Origin: Octopus sinensis
Taxonomy: Eukaryota
Assembly: GCF_006345805.1 (NCBI RefSeq)
Contig: NC_042998.1
Location: 69,564,001-69,628,000 of the forward strand
Direction: 5' to 3'
DNA: 64,000 nucleotides
Position 1 is the stretch's first letter; the number at the start of each line of letters is the position of its first letter. This document shows, in pieces, positions 37,620 to 51,967 of the stretch. The position numbers were made by a program, and so were the translations under genes. Below the pieces are notes generated by a model. It had not been told where the DNA came from and did not search any database. It was given only the letters and a program-made list of their open reading frames with translations.

Positions 37620-38290
37620 GAATGACCGAGACCTTTGACATTATGTCATGCTTGAGATGACGACCCATCAAGCGAAGTAAAATTGCAGTCGTGGCAGATA
37701 CTGGTGTCATGCAAACAGCATCCATGCCAGTAGCACATAAAAGCACCCATTACACTCTCGGAGTGGTTGGCGTTAGGGAGGGCATTCAGCTGTAGAAATC
37801 ATGCCAATTCAGATTGGAGTCTGGTGCAGCTCCATCAGCTTGCCAGTTCTGGTCAAACCATCCAACCCATGCCAGTATGGATGATGGTCGTTAAATGATT
37901 TAATGTCTGCTTTCCATACTGGCATGGGTTGGATGGTTTGACTAAAAATGGGTAAGCCAGGGAGCTGCACCAAGTTCCAGTCCAATTTGGCAAGGTTTCT
38001 ACAGCTGGATGCCCTTCCTAATGCCAACCACTCCATGTGTGTAGTGGGTGCTTTTTATGTGCCATTGATGTGACACTAGCATTAGCCACAACTAGAATCT
38101 CACTTGACAGTTCTACTCAAGCATAGCATATCACCAAAGGATCTCAGTCTCCTGTCACTGCCTCTGTGAGGTCCAATGCTCAAACACTGCTTTCTATGTG
38201 TTACTGGCACAGGTGCCAGTCAGGTGGCACTGGTATCGGCCATGACTATGATTTCACTTGGCTTGACAGGTCTTCTTAAGCACAGCATAT
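37620..38290. mobile_element. Two family B SINEs joined tail-to-tail (inverted repeat)
   Basis: Perfect 29-bp arms 37852-37880 and 37914-37942; imperfect pairing extends about 140 bp. Confidence 0.9.
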
Positions 38291-38359
38291 CGCCCAACAT
38301 TTGAAGGGTAGGTCTTTTATTCTGTCAAATGTAAAGCTTATGTATTCACACCATTTTAA

Positions 38360-38739
38360 CCCTTTGGTGTTTAAGCCGGCCATATCCAGCCCAAATATCC
38401 AACATGTTTTACATTCAAACTGGCCATATCTAGCCCCTCACATCTAACCTACATTGACATTCTAAGAATAAACTATCACACCATTGAAACTTCAAAGCTG
38501 TAAGACTGATAGAATAAGTCCTGGGGGTCGATTTGTTTGACTAAAGGTGGTGCTCCAGCATGGCTGCAGTCAAATGACTGAAACAAATAAAAGAACATAA
38601 ACTATTGACAATAGAAGTCATGCGATATAAAAATCATTTAAATAAAAAAAATGTAAACTTTTAAAAAATGCATAACTTTTAAAATTTGTTGGTGTCCCAA
38701 GGGACTCTGCTCGCCCATGAAGGATTAAACACTAAAAGG
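38360..38739. mobile_element. piggyBac-like MITE with TTAA TSD
   Basis: TTAA (38356-38359)-ccctttggtgttt...aaacactaaaagg-TTAA (38740-38743); contains a SINE C tail fragment. Confidence 0.75.
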
Positions 38740-40914
38740 TTAATGTTTCTGTCATTCTCTCCTGTCTCAGTTTATGTTAGTCTGTTTCTCTTTATGTGTA
38801 TGAGGATAGGGGAACCCTTTACATCAATTGTGTTCAATTCATAAATTGTTATGTCTCTATTTTCTCTCTTTTATTCTTACCATTTGTCTGTATATATTTC
38901 TGTGTATGATTGTGTTTGCCTCCAGTGTCAAAAAGTGCTGTCACCAAAAGAGGCTGTGCGTGTTCACTCAGCCATTACTAATTCATCAACATTTGAACAA
39001 CTGCGCAGAGTCATTTCATTTCTGCTCCATTGTGGCACCGATCTATAACTGGAAGAAGTGTCATTGAAAGCTGAGTGTCTAAGTGCTAGAAACACTACAT
39101 TATATTCGTGATACTTCATCATCATCATCATCATCAACATTTAATGTCCATTTTCCATGCTGGCATGGGTTGGATGACTTGGCAGGAACTAGCAAGGCTA
39201 GGGACCACACCAGGTTCTACTGTCTATTTTGGCTTGTTTTCTACAGTTGGTTGCCCTTCCTAATGCCAACCACTTTACAGAATGGTGTACTGGATGCTTT
39301 TTTACATGGCACCAGTGTTTTTTATCAATATTTAATTACTGAAAGGCAGCGGGCGAAATGCTTATCGGTATTTTGTCTGTCTTTACGTTCTGAGTTCAAA
39401 TTCTGCTGAGGTTGACTTTGCCTTTCATTCTTTTCGGGTCAGTTGTGTACTGAAGTTGATCTAATTGACTGGCCCCCTCCCCAAAAATTTTGGGCCTTGT
39501 ACCTAGAGTAGAAAAGCATATTTAGTTACTGAGTTCAAATGTGACTATGGTCAATATAATGAAAGTTCCAGTCTTGTAGTGGGGTCAGTTGATGTTAATA
39601 CATTTGTTGTTGCTATTTATAGATGTGTGTGACCTGTTTAGTCTGAGAAGTAGGAACAATGCCCGTAGCTTTTGACAGAACTTTCAGAGTTTGAGGTAAA
39701 ATAATAGAGTAAGAAGAGAGTTCCATAGGGCCATAATACTGAGGAGTTTGGATGTTTGGATAGTGAGCTAAAATAGGGGAGAATGAGGAGGATGGTTGGA
39801 TTGGGTGAGATGGGGGCAGGGAGTGATTATTGTAATAATAATAATGTTGATGGTGTCTAAAATGATGATGATGACGGTGATGATAATTTCAATGCTACAT
39901 TTAATAAGTCTATTGAAATATTTATAATGAGAGAATGAGAAGTAGTGAAATAGGATAACTCAGTGAAGAGAGAGAGGTGGAAGAGGTTCCAGTCATCAGT
40001 CTTAGCTTGGTTTCTATAGCTTGATGCCCTTCCTAATGCCAACCACTTTACAGAGTGTACAGGGCGATTTCTGTGTGCTACTGGCACAGGTACCTCTTAC
40101 TTGTTACTGGTATGGGTGCCTTTTATGTGTCAGGAACAGCAGCCAGTCATAGAAACCATACCAAAACCAACTATTAGAACCTGAGCAGCTGGTCAGCTCC
40201 TGTTAAACTGTCCAACACATGTCAGCATGGAAAACACATGTTAAATGATGTATATGCATACAAACCTAATTGTGTTTATTATTGACAGAGCAGTGTCATC
40301 ATCATTGTCATCATCATTTAACATCTGTTGTCCATGCGGGCATGGGTTGGATGGTTTGACTGGGCTGGGAGACTGCTCCAGGCTCCAGTCTGATTTGGCA
40401 TGGTTTTCTATGGTTGGATGCCCTTCCTAATACCAACCACTCCAAGAGTGTAATGGGTGCTTTTACATGCTACAGCACAGGTGCCATTTTATGTGACACT
40501 GGTATCTACCATGACTGATTTTGCTTGGCTTGAAAGGTCTTCTCAAGCATGTATAATGCCAGAGGTCTTGGTCATTGCCTCTGTGAGGCCCAACATTCGA
40601 AAGGAACTCTACCACTTTGCCTGCCATGAGGCCCAATGCTTGAAAGGAACTCAACCACTTTGCCTCCCATGAGGCCAAATGCTTGAAAGGAATTCAGCCA
40701 CTTTTGCCTCTGCTTTTAATGGCCATGTTTTAATTGTAGTAACTTAAGATATGTAACAGTATATAAAAGATAGTGAAACATGAGTAACTGCTGTGAAATA
40801 TAAGAACATCTTCCAGTCTGCACTGCTTGTACTAACATCTGGGATGTTCAGTGATACGTGTTCAACACCCATAACTGCAGTCACTTGTGTCTTTGCCTTT
40901 ATTGTAGTAGCACT

Positions 40915-41290
40915 CTGAGTGTAGTAATAACGGTAACAGCAGCAGCAGTGATGATTGTAGTAGTAGTAGTGGATGTAGTATTGGTGGTGGTGATTGTTAA
41001 AGCAGTAGCAGTAGTAATTGTAATGGTTGCAGTTGTAGCAGCAATGGTAGTGGTTGTAGTAGTAATAGTAGTAGTAGCAGCAGCAGCAATAGTAGTGGTA
41101 GTAGTATTAGTATTAGTAGTAGAACGGTGGCAGTGCTGGTGGGGGTGTTAGTGGCAAAAGTAGTAGCAGTAGTAATAGTGGTGTTGGTGTCGCTTACTGT
41201 AATAGTCGTAATATTGCAGTTGTGGGTGATGGTCATCATGGCAGTGGTGGCAGCGGTGGTAGTGGTAGTAGTGGGGGTGGTAGTAGTATT
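40915..41290. repeat. (GTA)/(GCA)/(GTG) low-complexity tract
   Basis: Read directly. Confidence 0.9.
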
Positions 41291-41739
41291 TGTATACTAG
41301 TGATGTTGGCAAAGGGGGCGAGGTGTGTCTAGTAAACATTCCACCCCACACACCACCCTGCTTAAACCCTTCATTTATAGAACAAAACTTGGTTTAGTAT
41401 GGAAAGATGGGCGCAGGATGTTGTGTGTGTAAGTGTATGTGTATGAGAGTGTGTGTGTGTGTTTAAGTATTGTTATAGCCCATATGTGTGTGTATATATA
41501 TATATATGTCATCATGTAGTATATTGTAGAAGTGTTGAATATATATGCATGTTTGTGTGTACGTGTGTTACTGTGTAGTATATTGTTTGTGATGTATCTG
41601 TATTTATCTGTGTGTGTGTTGTGCACATGTACGATGTATGTATATGCAAGGCAGCGGTGGTGGTGGTGCTGCTGGTGTTATTGCATAATAGAAGTACAAG
41701 TGAGTACTGATGACATAAATACATACACACACGTGTGTT

Positions 41740-41792
<53 letters not shown>

Positions 41793-42295
41793 GTTGAGAA
41801 AGTGAAGAAATAAATGCATTCATTTTTTTTCCACATATCTCAATACACACACACACACACACACACACACACCACACACACACACCACACACACACACAC
41901 ATACACACAATGTATTAAACGCAACCTTCACCTACAACTTTACACACATACACACACCTGCACACACAGAAATATGCGCAACTGCACACAAACAATCATT
42001 CACCCAAGCTACATGCTCACAATATAGACACAACCACATACGCATACATAATGACTCGACCACGTACTGACATACACAATCACACACACACACACACACA
42101 CACAGTTGCATACACTTAGAACGACTCTCACACATCCAATCATGCACACGCACCGACACACACACATACGCAAACACAAGTAATTACTCAAAGTGCTTTC
42201 AAAGACCTCCTCTCCACCCATAAACTCTGACTTTGTTCCCTCACCTCTCTCCCACAACCTCACTGCTCCTCTCTCTTTCTTCCTTTCTCATTCTA

Positions 42296-42715
42296 TAACC
42301 TTCACCACCACCACCACTACCACCACCACCACTACTACTAGTAATACCACTACTACTATCACCACCACCACCACTAGTACTATCACCACCACCACCACTA
42401 GTACTATTACCACCACTACTACTATCACCACCACCACCACTAGTACTATCACCACCACCACCACTAGTACTATTACCACCACTACTACTATCACCACCAC
42501 CACCACTACAACTACTACTGCTACTACAACTACTACTGCTGCTGCTACTACTACTACAACCACTATCACTATACTACTACCATCACCACCGTTATCACCA
42601 CCACCACTAATGCTACTACTGTTACTACTACCACCACCACCACCCAAAACACTATCACTATACTACTACCATCACCACCATTATCACCATCTCCACCACT
42701 ACCACCACCACCACC

Positions 42716-42772
<57 letters not shown>

Positions 42773-42870
42773 ACTACTACTACTACTGCTCACCCCTACC
42801 ACTTCTACACTCACTGCAGCTATCCCCACTACCGCCATTACCACCACTATCATGACCACCAACAACCACT
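42296..42870. repeat. (ACC)/(ACT) trinucleotide low-complexity tract
   Basis: Read directly; source of the poly-Thr and poly-Val ORFs. Confidence 0.95.
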
Positions 42871-43234
42871 CTATTAACTAAGCCAGCTTGCTAGCTCCTC
42901 TATGATTGCTTAACTTGCTAGAAGTAGCAACTAAATCTCCCTTAAACCATGCTCTGACATTTCAAATAAAGACAGAACACCTTCGAAAACATAGTCCTAC
43001 ATACTCCTAAAAAGACAGGATTGTCTTTGATTATAATACCTTTGATTATAGTTCTCATGGATCAAGGCTGACATGGAATTAAACATCAACCCGATTACCA
43101 TGATTTGAAAACATTGTTTGGATGAGAGTACAACCACATCTTGTCCTTCAACAACACAAATAAATAATCATCATCTGTACTTCAACAGGGAAAATACATA
43201 ACCGTCTTATGGAAATTGAAATTGTAGCTGTGAT

Positions 43235-43548
43235 ACCAGTGCCGGTGGCACGTAAGAGAACCATCCAAACGTGGCCGTTGCCAGCGCCACCCCGACTGGC
43301 CTCCGTGCCGGTGGCACGTAAAAAGCACCATCCGATTGTGGTCGTTGCCAGCCTCGTCTGGCCCCTGTGCAGGTGGCACGTAAAAAGCACCCACTACACT
43401 CAGGGAGTGGTTGGCGTTAGGAAGGGCATCCGCTGTAGAAACACTGCCAGATCAGACTGGGCCTGGTGCAGCCTTCTGGCTTCCCAGACCCCAGCTGAAC
43501 CGTCCAACCCATGCTAGCATGGAAAACGGACATTAAACGATGATGATG
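43235..43548 (+). mobile_element. SINE-like family B (CpG-intact copy)
   Basis: Full body with internal repeats and (gat)n tail. Confidence 0.9.
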
Positions 43549-44148
43549 TACTTCAAAAATACAAATATACAACTATTACCTGTACTTTGACAGGGCAAAT
43601 ACATAACCACCATTCCCTGTACTTCAACAAGGCAAATACACAACAACCATGTCCTGTACTTCAATAATACTGATACATAACCACTACACATATTATGGAA
43701 ATAGTGTTCAACCTCACCTACCCTCGTCTTGAAGGGAGGGGCAACATGGAGTTAAAACCCTCAGGGTAACCATAAAGACTAAGATATCTTTTTAGATCCC
43801 TGAAACACTTCAGCCACAGTAAACCACAAGTAAATCCATATTGGTGTGTTGTTCAGTCACACACACATTGATATACATCATCATCATGATCATTGTTTTA
43901 ATATTCACTTTTCCAAGCAGATTTTCTATGCCTGAGTCCCTTTCTTGTCACCAGCCCTCACTTGTTTTCCAGCTAGGTAATATTTGCCCATAACTGGACT
44001 TGTTTTCATGGGAGATTGGAAACAAAAACACTGCTTCTATGACAGGGGCCACTTGTTGACAACTATCACATGATGTCGAGTCAGGGAGACACACACACAT
44101 ACACACAGTAACATCCATCCATGCATACATTCCTGTGTACACACACAC

Positions 44149-44200
<52 letters not shown>

Positions 44201-44802
44201 CACACATAAATGCATACATATGTATGTATATCAATATATATGTACATATCTACACACACACAAACAAGCAAAGGATGGGCTTCTTTTAGCTCCACTCAAA
44301 AGGCTTTGGTTGACCTGAGGCTGTAGTAGAAGACACTTACAATTAGGTGCCATGCAATGAGGTGGAACCTTAATCCATTTTGTTACAAAGCAAACATCTT
44401 ACTACACGGCCATGCCTGCTGTTATACATATAGAAGTACTCAGGTGTTGGCAGATTTAATACCCCACCTTCTGATTCTGAGGTGTCTTTAGTGAAAATTA
44501 TTTTGCTGTAAACATTCAAGTCAGGTCTCCAATCTGAGGATAATTTCCTCTCTTCTTGTCATCAGTGTCTGAAGCCTGAGAAACTGAAGGGTGATAGGTA
44601 TTGCACTCCATTCTTTGATGAATATATATATATATATATATATATATGTATTAGTAGGTAAATGGATATGTAAGTAAACTGATAGATAAGTAGATAGGTA
44701 ATATGGATAGACAAGTACACACATACACACACACACACAAGCACAAACATGAATATGCAGAATACATTCATACAAATGTACACACACACACACACACATA
44801 TT

Positions 44803-45650
44803 TATATACTAGCTGATGTACCTGGTAATTCCCAGGAAAGCGGGGAATATCCCTTGGTTCCGTTCTCATAATTGTTTTGCTAATCCAATAATGACAAAAC
44901 AAAATATGTAGCCCTTAAAATGGTTTTTGTGCATTTACGGAGATTACCGAACTGTCTTACACAGGATCTTGTTTTTAGAAATTTCCAATAGGTTTTGAAT
45001 ACCCAAATTGTGAAGTCAGTTATGTAATAACATGAAATTAGTTACCTGATAGTAAGAATTCAAATAAAGTAGCCCCGAAAAGGGCTTTAATGTATTCCCA
45101 GAGTATATAGAACATAGGAAATACTAATAAGGTATATATACTAAAATTGTGAAGCATGTTACATAATAACAGGCTAATCAGGTATGAGATAATAACAATT
45201 AAAGTAAATAACTCTGACAAGAAAATAACTCTGCGTTCCCAGAGAATATTACCCTCAGAGGCGCTAATGTTGATATATTCGTGAATAAGTCACTAACCAA
45301 AATAAGTGGTTCTATTGTTTAGGAAAATACTATTTGCTTGTTTAAGTGTTGTACTGGGTAAATTATGAAAATAACTCTAACAGTTCAAATACTAAGAAAT
45401 AAGCATACTCAATTTCATTTTTACTAAATTATTTAGGAAAGTGAATGTTATTTCCCTTGGCTATATATAAGGATCCCTTCCAGGATCCTTATATATATAG
45501 CCCTATTATCGATTTTTTTTCAACATGAGGTTTCCAGACATGAGTTTCTACTCACATGCCAAGTTTCATCAAAATCGATAAAACGATGTAGGAGTTACCT
45601 AACCACTCCACAAACACACCCACAAACAGAATTTCCCACATATGTAGTAT
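44803..45650 (+). mobile_element. Possible non-autonomous Helitron/Helentron-like element
   Basis: Starts tatactagctgatgtacctgg, has a strong hairpin at 45459-45502 and ends caagtttcatcaaaatcg...tatgtagtat; class assigned from recalled similarity only. Confidence 0.4.
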
Positions 45651-46199
45651 ATATATATACACACACACACACGTACACACATACTCATAGATACACATAC
45701 GTACATACATACATATGTGTATACATATGCACATTGACGCACACACATGTGCACAAACAAACAAAAAGAACGCAGCTCTGATAATGGACAGAGTCAACAA
45801 CTGTTCAAGAGTTTAAAAGAAGCAACAGAAATTTTAGAGAAAATAAATAAGTGAATGAGTGAAAATCTAACTGGTGGGTGTGTTAATTAACGAGGCGTTA
45901 AAACGGAATGACTCTCCCCAGACACTATAAAGTAAAAGGAAAAAAAAATTCAGTTGCAAAAGACCACACCCTGAAAACCAAGTTTTTTTATTTTTTAGAT
46001 GATGATGGTGAGGGCAGTAATGGTGGTGGCAGTGGTGGCCATTGGTGTCATTATAATTTTAATGACCACTTTTCTGTGCTTGTATGAGTCAGACAGAATT
46101 TACTGAGGCTGATTTTCTACAGCTAAATGCCCTTTCTGTCATCAACTCTTACCAGTTTCCACGCAAGACAATATTTCCTCATGGCCAGGCAAGTAGGTT

Positions 46200-46340
46200 T
46201 TTGTCTATCAAATCCACTCACAAGACTTTTGGTCAGTCTGACACTGTTGCAGAAGACACTTGCCCAAGGTACCATGCTGTGGGACTGAACTTGAAACCTC
46301 ATAGTTGGGAAACAAACTTTTCAACCACACAGCCATGCCT
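46200..46340 (-). mobile_element. tRNA-derived SINE family C
   Basis: Reverse complement of gcatggctgtgtggttgaaaag...ggttcagtcccac...ttgggcaagtgtcttc. Confidence 0.8.
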
Positions 46341-47343
46341 CAAATCAAATAAGAACACTACAAAATTCAAGGCCTACATTGGAGTGTTGCTCACATGTAT
46401 GAGACGGTTCTGCTGTTATTACAGACCCTAATACCTGCACTGCTCCCTTGGCTGTCTTTTCTTCAACTGCTACAACATCCTCTGTTCTTTTGAAGTACCT
46501 AACCACCCACCACCTTCTCCTGCAGTCAGCCCTACTGCATCTCACCCTCCCCCCCCCAGTAATACTGTTCTACATACCTATCCAATCTTTACTGATTGCG
46601 TCCCTCTTTAATCCTTCCTTGTCTATATATTTCCCCACAAACATCAAACATTGGCTGAACATCAAATATGTCAACCTCACTAGTTAGAATTCACTCCCCC
46701 ACTCCCTCCTACAAACACGCACACACTCACACACACACACACACACATACACACACACACACTCACACACACTGCAAGGATTATGGGCACTGCCACACCC
46801 ACTCTTTGTGTTAATTAAACATATACAGGTTGACATAGATTCTATATACACATATTCTACCTTACAAACACACACACATTCACACATATAATCACTCACA
46901 CACATACAGACAGGCATGCACATGCATTCACACATACACAGACACACATACACACTGAGAAGTACAGACATACAGTTTAATCACAGACATAGACACGCAC
47001 GCATATAACCAGACACATGGACTTACAAGCATACATAGTCACACACACACACACAATGAGTCACACAAATACAAATATACAGTCACACGTACAAATACAT
47101 ATATGAACAGTCCATCATACACACACATCCACATGCATAAAGTTAGTTTCTCTCATACATACAAACACACGCAGTCAGTTACACACACACACACTCCATA
47201 ATAACAGAAAGATGTGGTGGGAGGTAATGATGTTCAGTGTAATCCCACTTCCTTCTCCCCCCCCCTGCTCCCTGTAAATGCACCAATTGTACCTAAATGT
47301 TGCGTTCATTTCAAAAAGACCAGCAATTAGTTAGGACACACCC

Positions 47344-48290
47344 ATTACCACCACCACCACCACCACCACCACCTTCACCATCACAACCACCACCTTCACC
47401 ATCACAACCACCACCACCACCTTTACCATCACAACCACCACCACCACCTTCACCATCACCACCACCACCACCACCACCTTCACCATCACCACCACCACCA
47501 CCTTCACCATCACAACCACCACCACCACCTTCACCATCACAACGACCACCACCACCACCTTCACCATCACAACCACCACCACCACCTTCACCATCACAAC
47601 CACCACCTTCACCATCACAACCACCACCACCACCTTCACCATCACAACGACCACCACCACCTTCACCATCACAACCACCACCACCTTCACCATCACAACC
47701 ACCACCTTCACCATCACCAACCACCACCACCTTCACCATCACCACCACCACCACCTTCACCATCCACCACCACCACCACCACCTTCACCATCACAACCAC
47801 CACCTTCACCATCACAACCACCACTTCACCATCACAACGACCACCACCACCTTCACCATCACAACACCACCACCACCTTCACCATCACAACCACCTTCAC
47901 CATCACAACCACCACCACACCTTCACCATCACAACCACCACCTTCACCATCACAACCCCACCACCACCTTCACCATCACAACCACCACCACCACCTTCAC
48001 CATCACAACCACCACCTCACCATCACAACCACCACACCACCACCACCACACCTTCACCATCACAACCACCACCACCACCTTCACCATCACAACCACCACC
48101 ACCACCTTTACCATCACAACCACCACCACCACCTTCACCATCACCACCACCACCACCACCACCTTCACCATCACCACCACCACCACCTTCACCATCACAA
48201 CCACCACCACCACCTTCACCATCACAACCACCATCACCATCTTCACCATCACAGCCACCACCTTCCCCATCACAGCCACTGTTAGTTACT
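47344..48290. repeat. Minisatellite, unit approximately (acc)n-ttcaccatcaca (21-30 bp)
   Basis: Read directly; several dozen units of varying length. Confidence 0.95.
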
Positions 48291-51200
48291 ACTGTCACCC
48301 TCCGCCCCATCATCATCACCACTGTCTTATGTATTTGTTTTGCTAATTGGTAGGGGTGGAGAGGTGAGGCATGTTGCTTGTACTGCATATTAGCAGTGCT
48401 TTGGGGGTGGGGTGGGAGGCATGATGAAGTGTACTTGTTGTTTAATCCCAGTTCAATATTGATTGAGCAGACCTGTGATCAAAGACATTCCAATGGTGAC
48501 CATCTTGTCTTTTCCCCATGTGTAAAGAACCCAGTACCACATTTTCCAAAGTGTACTTGTATAGTTTATGTAATTTAAGGGCTGTTTGGTTGCTGTTTCT
48601 AGCCATTCGAGTAACCCTGTAGTGCTTTTTTTTCTTTCATTGGTTTGTTGTGTTGTGTTGTGTTGTGTGGCCTGGTTGTAAGATGTGATGTCTGCTGTTG
48701 TGAGGTGAGGTGAGATGTGTTGGTGGATAGTGTGGTGATGAGGTGATGTAGTGATGTGAGCCAAGGATTGGAGGAGGGGGTAGTTCTTAGTGTAGGCTTG
48801 AAGGAGGAGATACAGAAGTGACAAGAAGAGGAGGGAGAGGAGGAGAAGGAAATACACAAGAAGCAGTGACAGGAAGAGGAAGGGAAGGGGAAGTGGAAAG
48901 GTGACAAGAAAAGAGAGAGAGAAGAGTGACAGGAGGAGGTAGAGATGTACAGTTGCCTAGTTGAGAGGAACAGATACCTTTGTAGCAGTAGAAAAGGCCA
49001 AGAGAAGACACAGCATATTTGTGTACCAGTATGCAATAATATTTAACCCAGCTATAACTGTCTTGATCTTACTTCAAACATTAAGGTTATTGCAGAATAT
49101 TCTTTTCTACTCTAGGTACAAGGCCCAAAATTTTGGGGGAGGAGGCCAGTCGATTAGATTGGCCCTGGTACGCAATTGGTACTTGATTTATTGACCTCAA
49201 AAGGATGAAAGGCAAAGTTGACCTCAGCGGAATTTGAACTCAGAACATAAAGACAGATGAAATAAGATTATTAAGATATTACTTCAAACATTAAACTGGC
49301 AGAATCGTTAGCATGCTGAACAAAATGCCCAGTAGCATTTTGCCAGTCTTCATGTTCTGAGTTCAAATTCTGCTGAGATCAACTTTGCGCTGGGGTTGAT
49401 GTAATTGACTTGCCCCCACCTCCTCTGAAATTGCTGGCCCTGAGCCAAAATTTGAAATTGATATTATTTCAAACATACTGTACTATAGACAATGCTCTCC
49501 TCTGTGTCCCTTTTTTTTGTAAGATGGTAGGGTGAAATTTAATAGAGGGATACTCTGTTACTATTTCTAGCTATGTGAGCGACCTCATAGAAGCTTCCCT
49601 ATTGGCTCATGCTGAGATTGTAGCATGTTGGTGAGTGAATCTTTGGTAATCAATCAGGTGGCCTTGTATTCCAGGATTTTCGTGTGTCTAACAACAGCAC
49701 CATCTGCTATTTGTGGCTAGTACTTCATTCATTCACTGTCATGTAACAACTACTTTCCATAAGTTCGACAGAAATTTGTTGAGGCAGATTTTCTATGTCA
49801 CCAAATCCTCACCTGTTTCCAAGCAAGATAATATTTCCCATGGCTAGACATTGTCCTTTTATGGAAGACTGGAAATGAACAATCTCATTTGTATGATGGG
49901 GATGCTCATTTACAACCAACATGTGATATCTAGACGAGGACACGGACTCGGAGACAGACAGACACACACACACACAATGGGCTTCTTTTAGTTTCTGTCT
50001 GTCCATCCACTCATAACGGTATGGTTGCCCCTAGGGCTATAGCAGAAGGCACTTGCCCAACATGCTGTACAGTGGGATTGAACCTAAGACCATATGGCTG
50101 GGAAGCAAGCTTCTCAACCACACAGCAACGCTTGCACTTATTAGCCTTCATTGTATATCTCAATCTTTTTTAAATGGTCAGCAGGTGATCAAGATTGAAG
50201 TATTTCCTGATTATGGATTTTGGCTGTGTGAGGGATGTAGTCTGACAAGCCTAGGAGAACTGGAAGGAGTCAAAGAAGAACCTTTCATGAGTTGGTATAG
50301 AACTGGTGAAACTTTTGTCAGTTGGGTGACTTGAAGTCCTAGGGGGTTCAGGTTGTTGTTGTTAAGCAACAAGACAGGTAAGGGTGATTAGGTGATGGTC
50401 TAGGGCTTAGGGGCGGGAGACCCCAGACCTTGAAAAAATAAAAACTTTGGTCATCCTGTTGTAGTTGAGGGCTCTTCGTTGACACCCGACACCACTGGGA
50501 GGTGGCCCTTGAAGTTGCTGGAAATGGAGATCTCCAGGTCCAAATTCTTGGATGGCTGCTGCTGTGCCTCAGGTTATTTCTGATCAACCTGTCCTATGGT
50601 ACATTGTGACTAAACCATAAGGCATAATCCTCATATCCATCTTCCTATATATGCCATGTCTCTGTCTAGCTCAGAGGTTCTCAACTGAGGTCCACATGAC
50701 CCTAGGGGCTCCATATAAATTTTATTGTTTAAGTTTATATGCGTGTTATATTTCAACAGTTCACGAAATATTTTAACAATTTTTAATACAATTCTTAATG
50801 ATATTTAATTATAAAACTATAAAGGGATTATTTTAAAACATGACTGGCTCCCATATCAGTAGCACATAAAAAGCACCATTTGAGCATGTTCGATGCCAGT
50901 GCTGCTGACTGGCCCCTGTGCTGGTGGCATGTAAAAAGCACCCACTACACTCTCGGAGTGCTTAGCATTAGGAAGGGCATCCAGCTGTAGAAGCCTTGCC
51001 TGATCGGATTGGAGCCTGGTGTAGCCTCCTGGCTTACCAGTCCTCAGTCAAACTGTCCAACCCATACCAGCACGGAAAGTGGACGTTGAATAATGATGAT
51101 TGAAATTGTAGTTGTGGCCAGTGCTGATGACATGTAATGGCTTCTGTGTCAGTGACACATAAAAGGCCTCCACTACACTCTTGGGATGGTTGGTTAGGGT

Positions 51201-51661
51201 TAGGAAGGGCATTCAGCCATATAATAATCCAGCCAAGTTCAGACTGGAATCTGGTGTAGCTCTCCAGCTTACTAGTTCCAGTCAAACAATCTAACCCATG
51301 CCAGCATGGAAAACAGACGTTTGATGATGATGAATGGGTATGTGGGTCCAGTAAAGTAAAATAGGAATCAAAGGGCACCATAGATAAAAAATGGTTGAGA
51401 ATCACTGGTCCAGTTGATAACAGTACTGCACACTCTAGCATGTCATGATGAATTGTATGGAATACAGTGTGATGGTTTGCACATATTGCCCTCAAGTCAT
51501 CCACAACACAGATAGGCAAGGTGGACATGGGCAGAGTACAACAGTTGCTGTTTCTCTGCACATAATGCTGATAGTGTGCATCCTGGGACTGTGTGTGTAA
51601 GGTTGGAGAGGGAAGTGAGGCCATTGATGTTGCTGCTGCTATTTCTATGTGCATGTGGTTT

Positions 51662-51693
<32 letters not shown>

Positions 51694-51967
51694 CTGCTGG
51701 GTGGGGGCATGATTGTGTTCATTGAAGCTTACTGCAGCAACCATCCGTGTCCTCATATCCAGATGCTCTTTCAGTTGTAGTACTTTTGTTCCCTACTTGA
51801 GATGGTATGAGGGTGTGATCTGTGTACAAGCTAATATATTGTGAACTGAGTTATGTTGTATTTTCTGTTTTTTTTAAGTATATTTTGGTTTGTTTTTGTT
51901 ATGGTTAGATTGGTGGCCCATGTAAGGGCTGGTACAACCCCTGATGCATCAGATATATTGGTTTGCC

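Noticed and set aside
42193-42855. 220-aa Thr-rich ORF and overlapping poly-Val ORFs
   Set aside because: Trinucleotide low-complexity artefact.
47297-48346. 349-aa Pro/Thr/His-rich ORF (extensin- or mucin-like)
   Set aside because: Translation of a minisatellite; open in several frames on both strands, with no splice or domain support.
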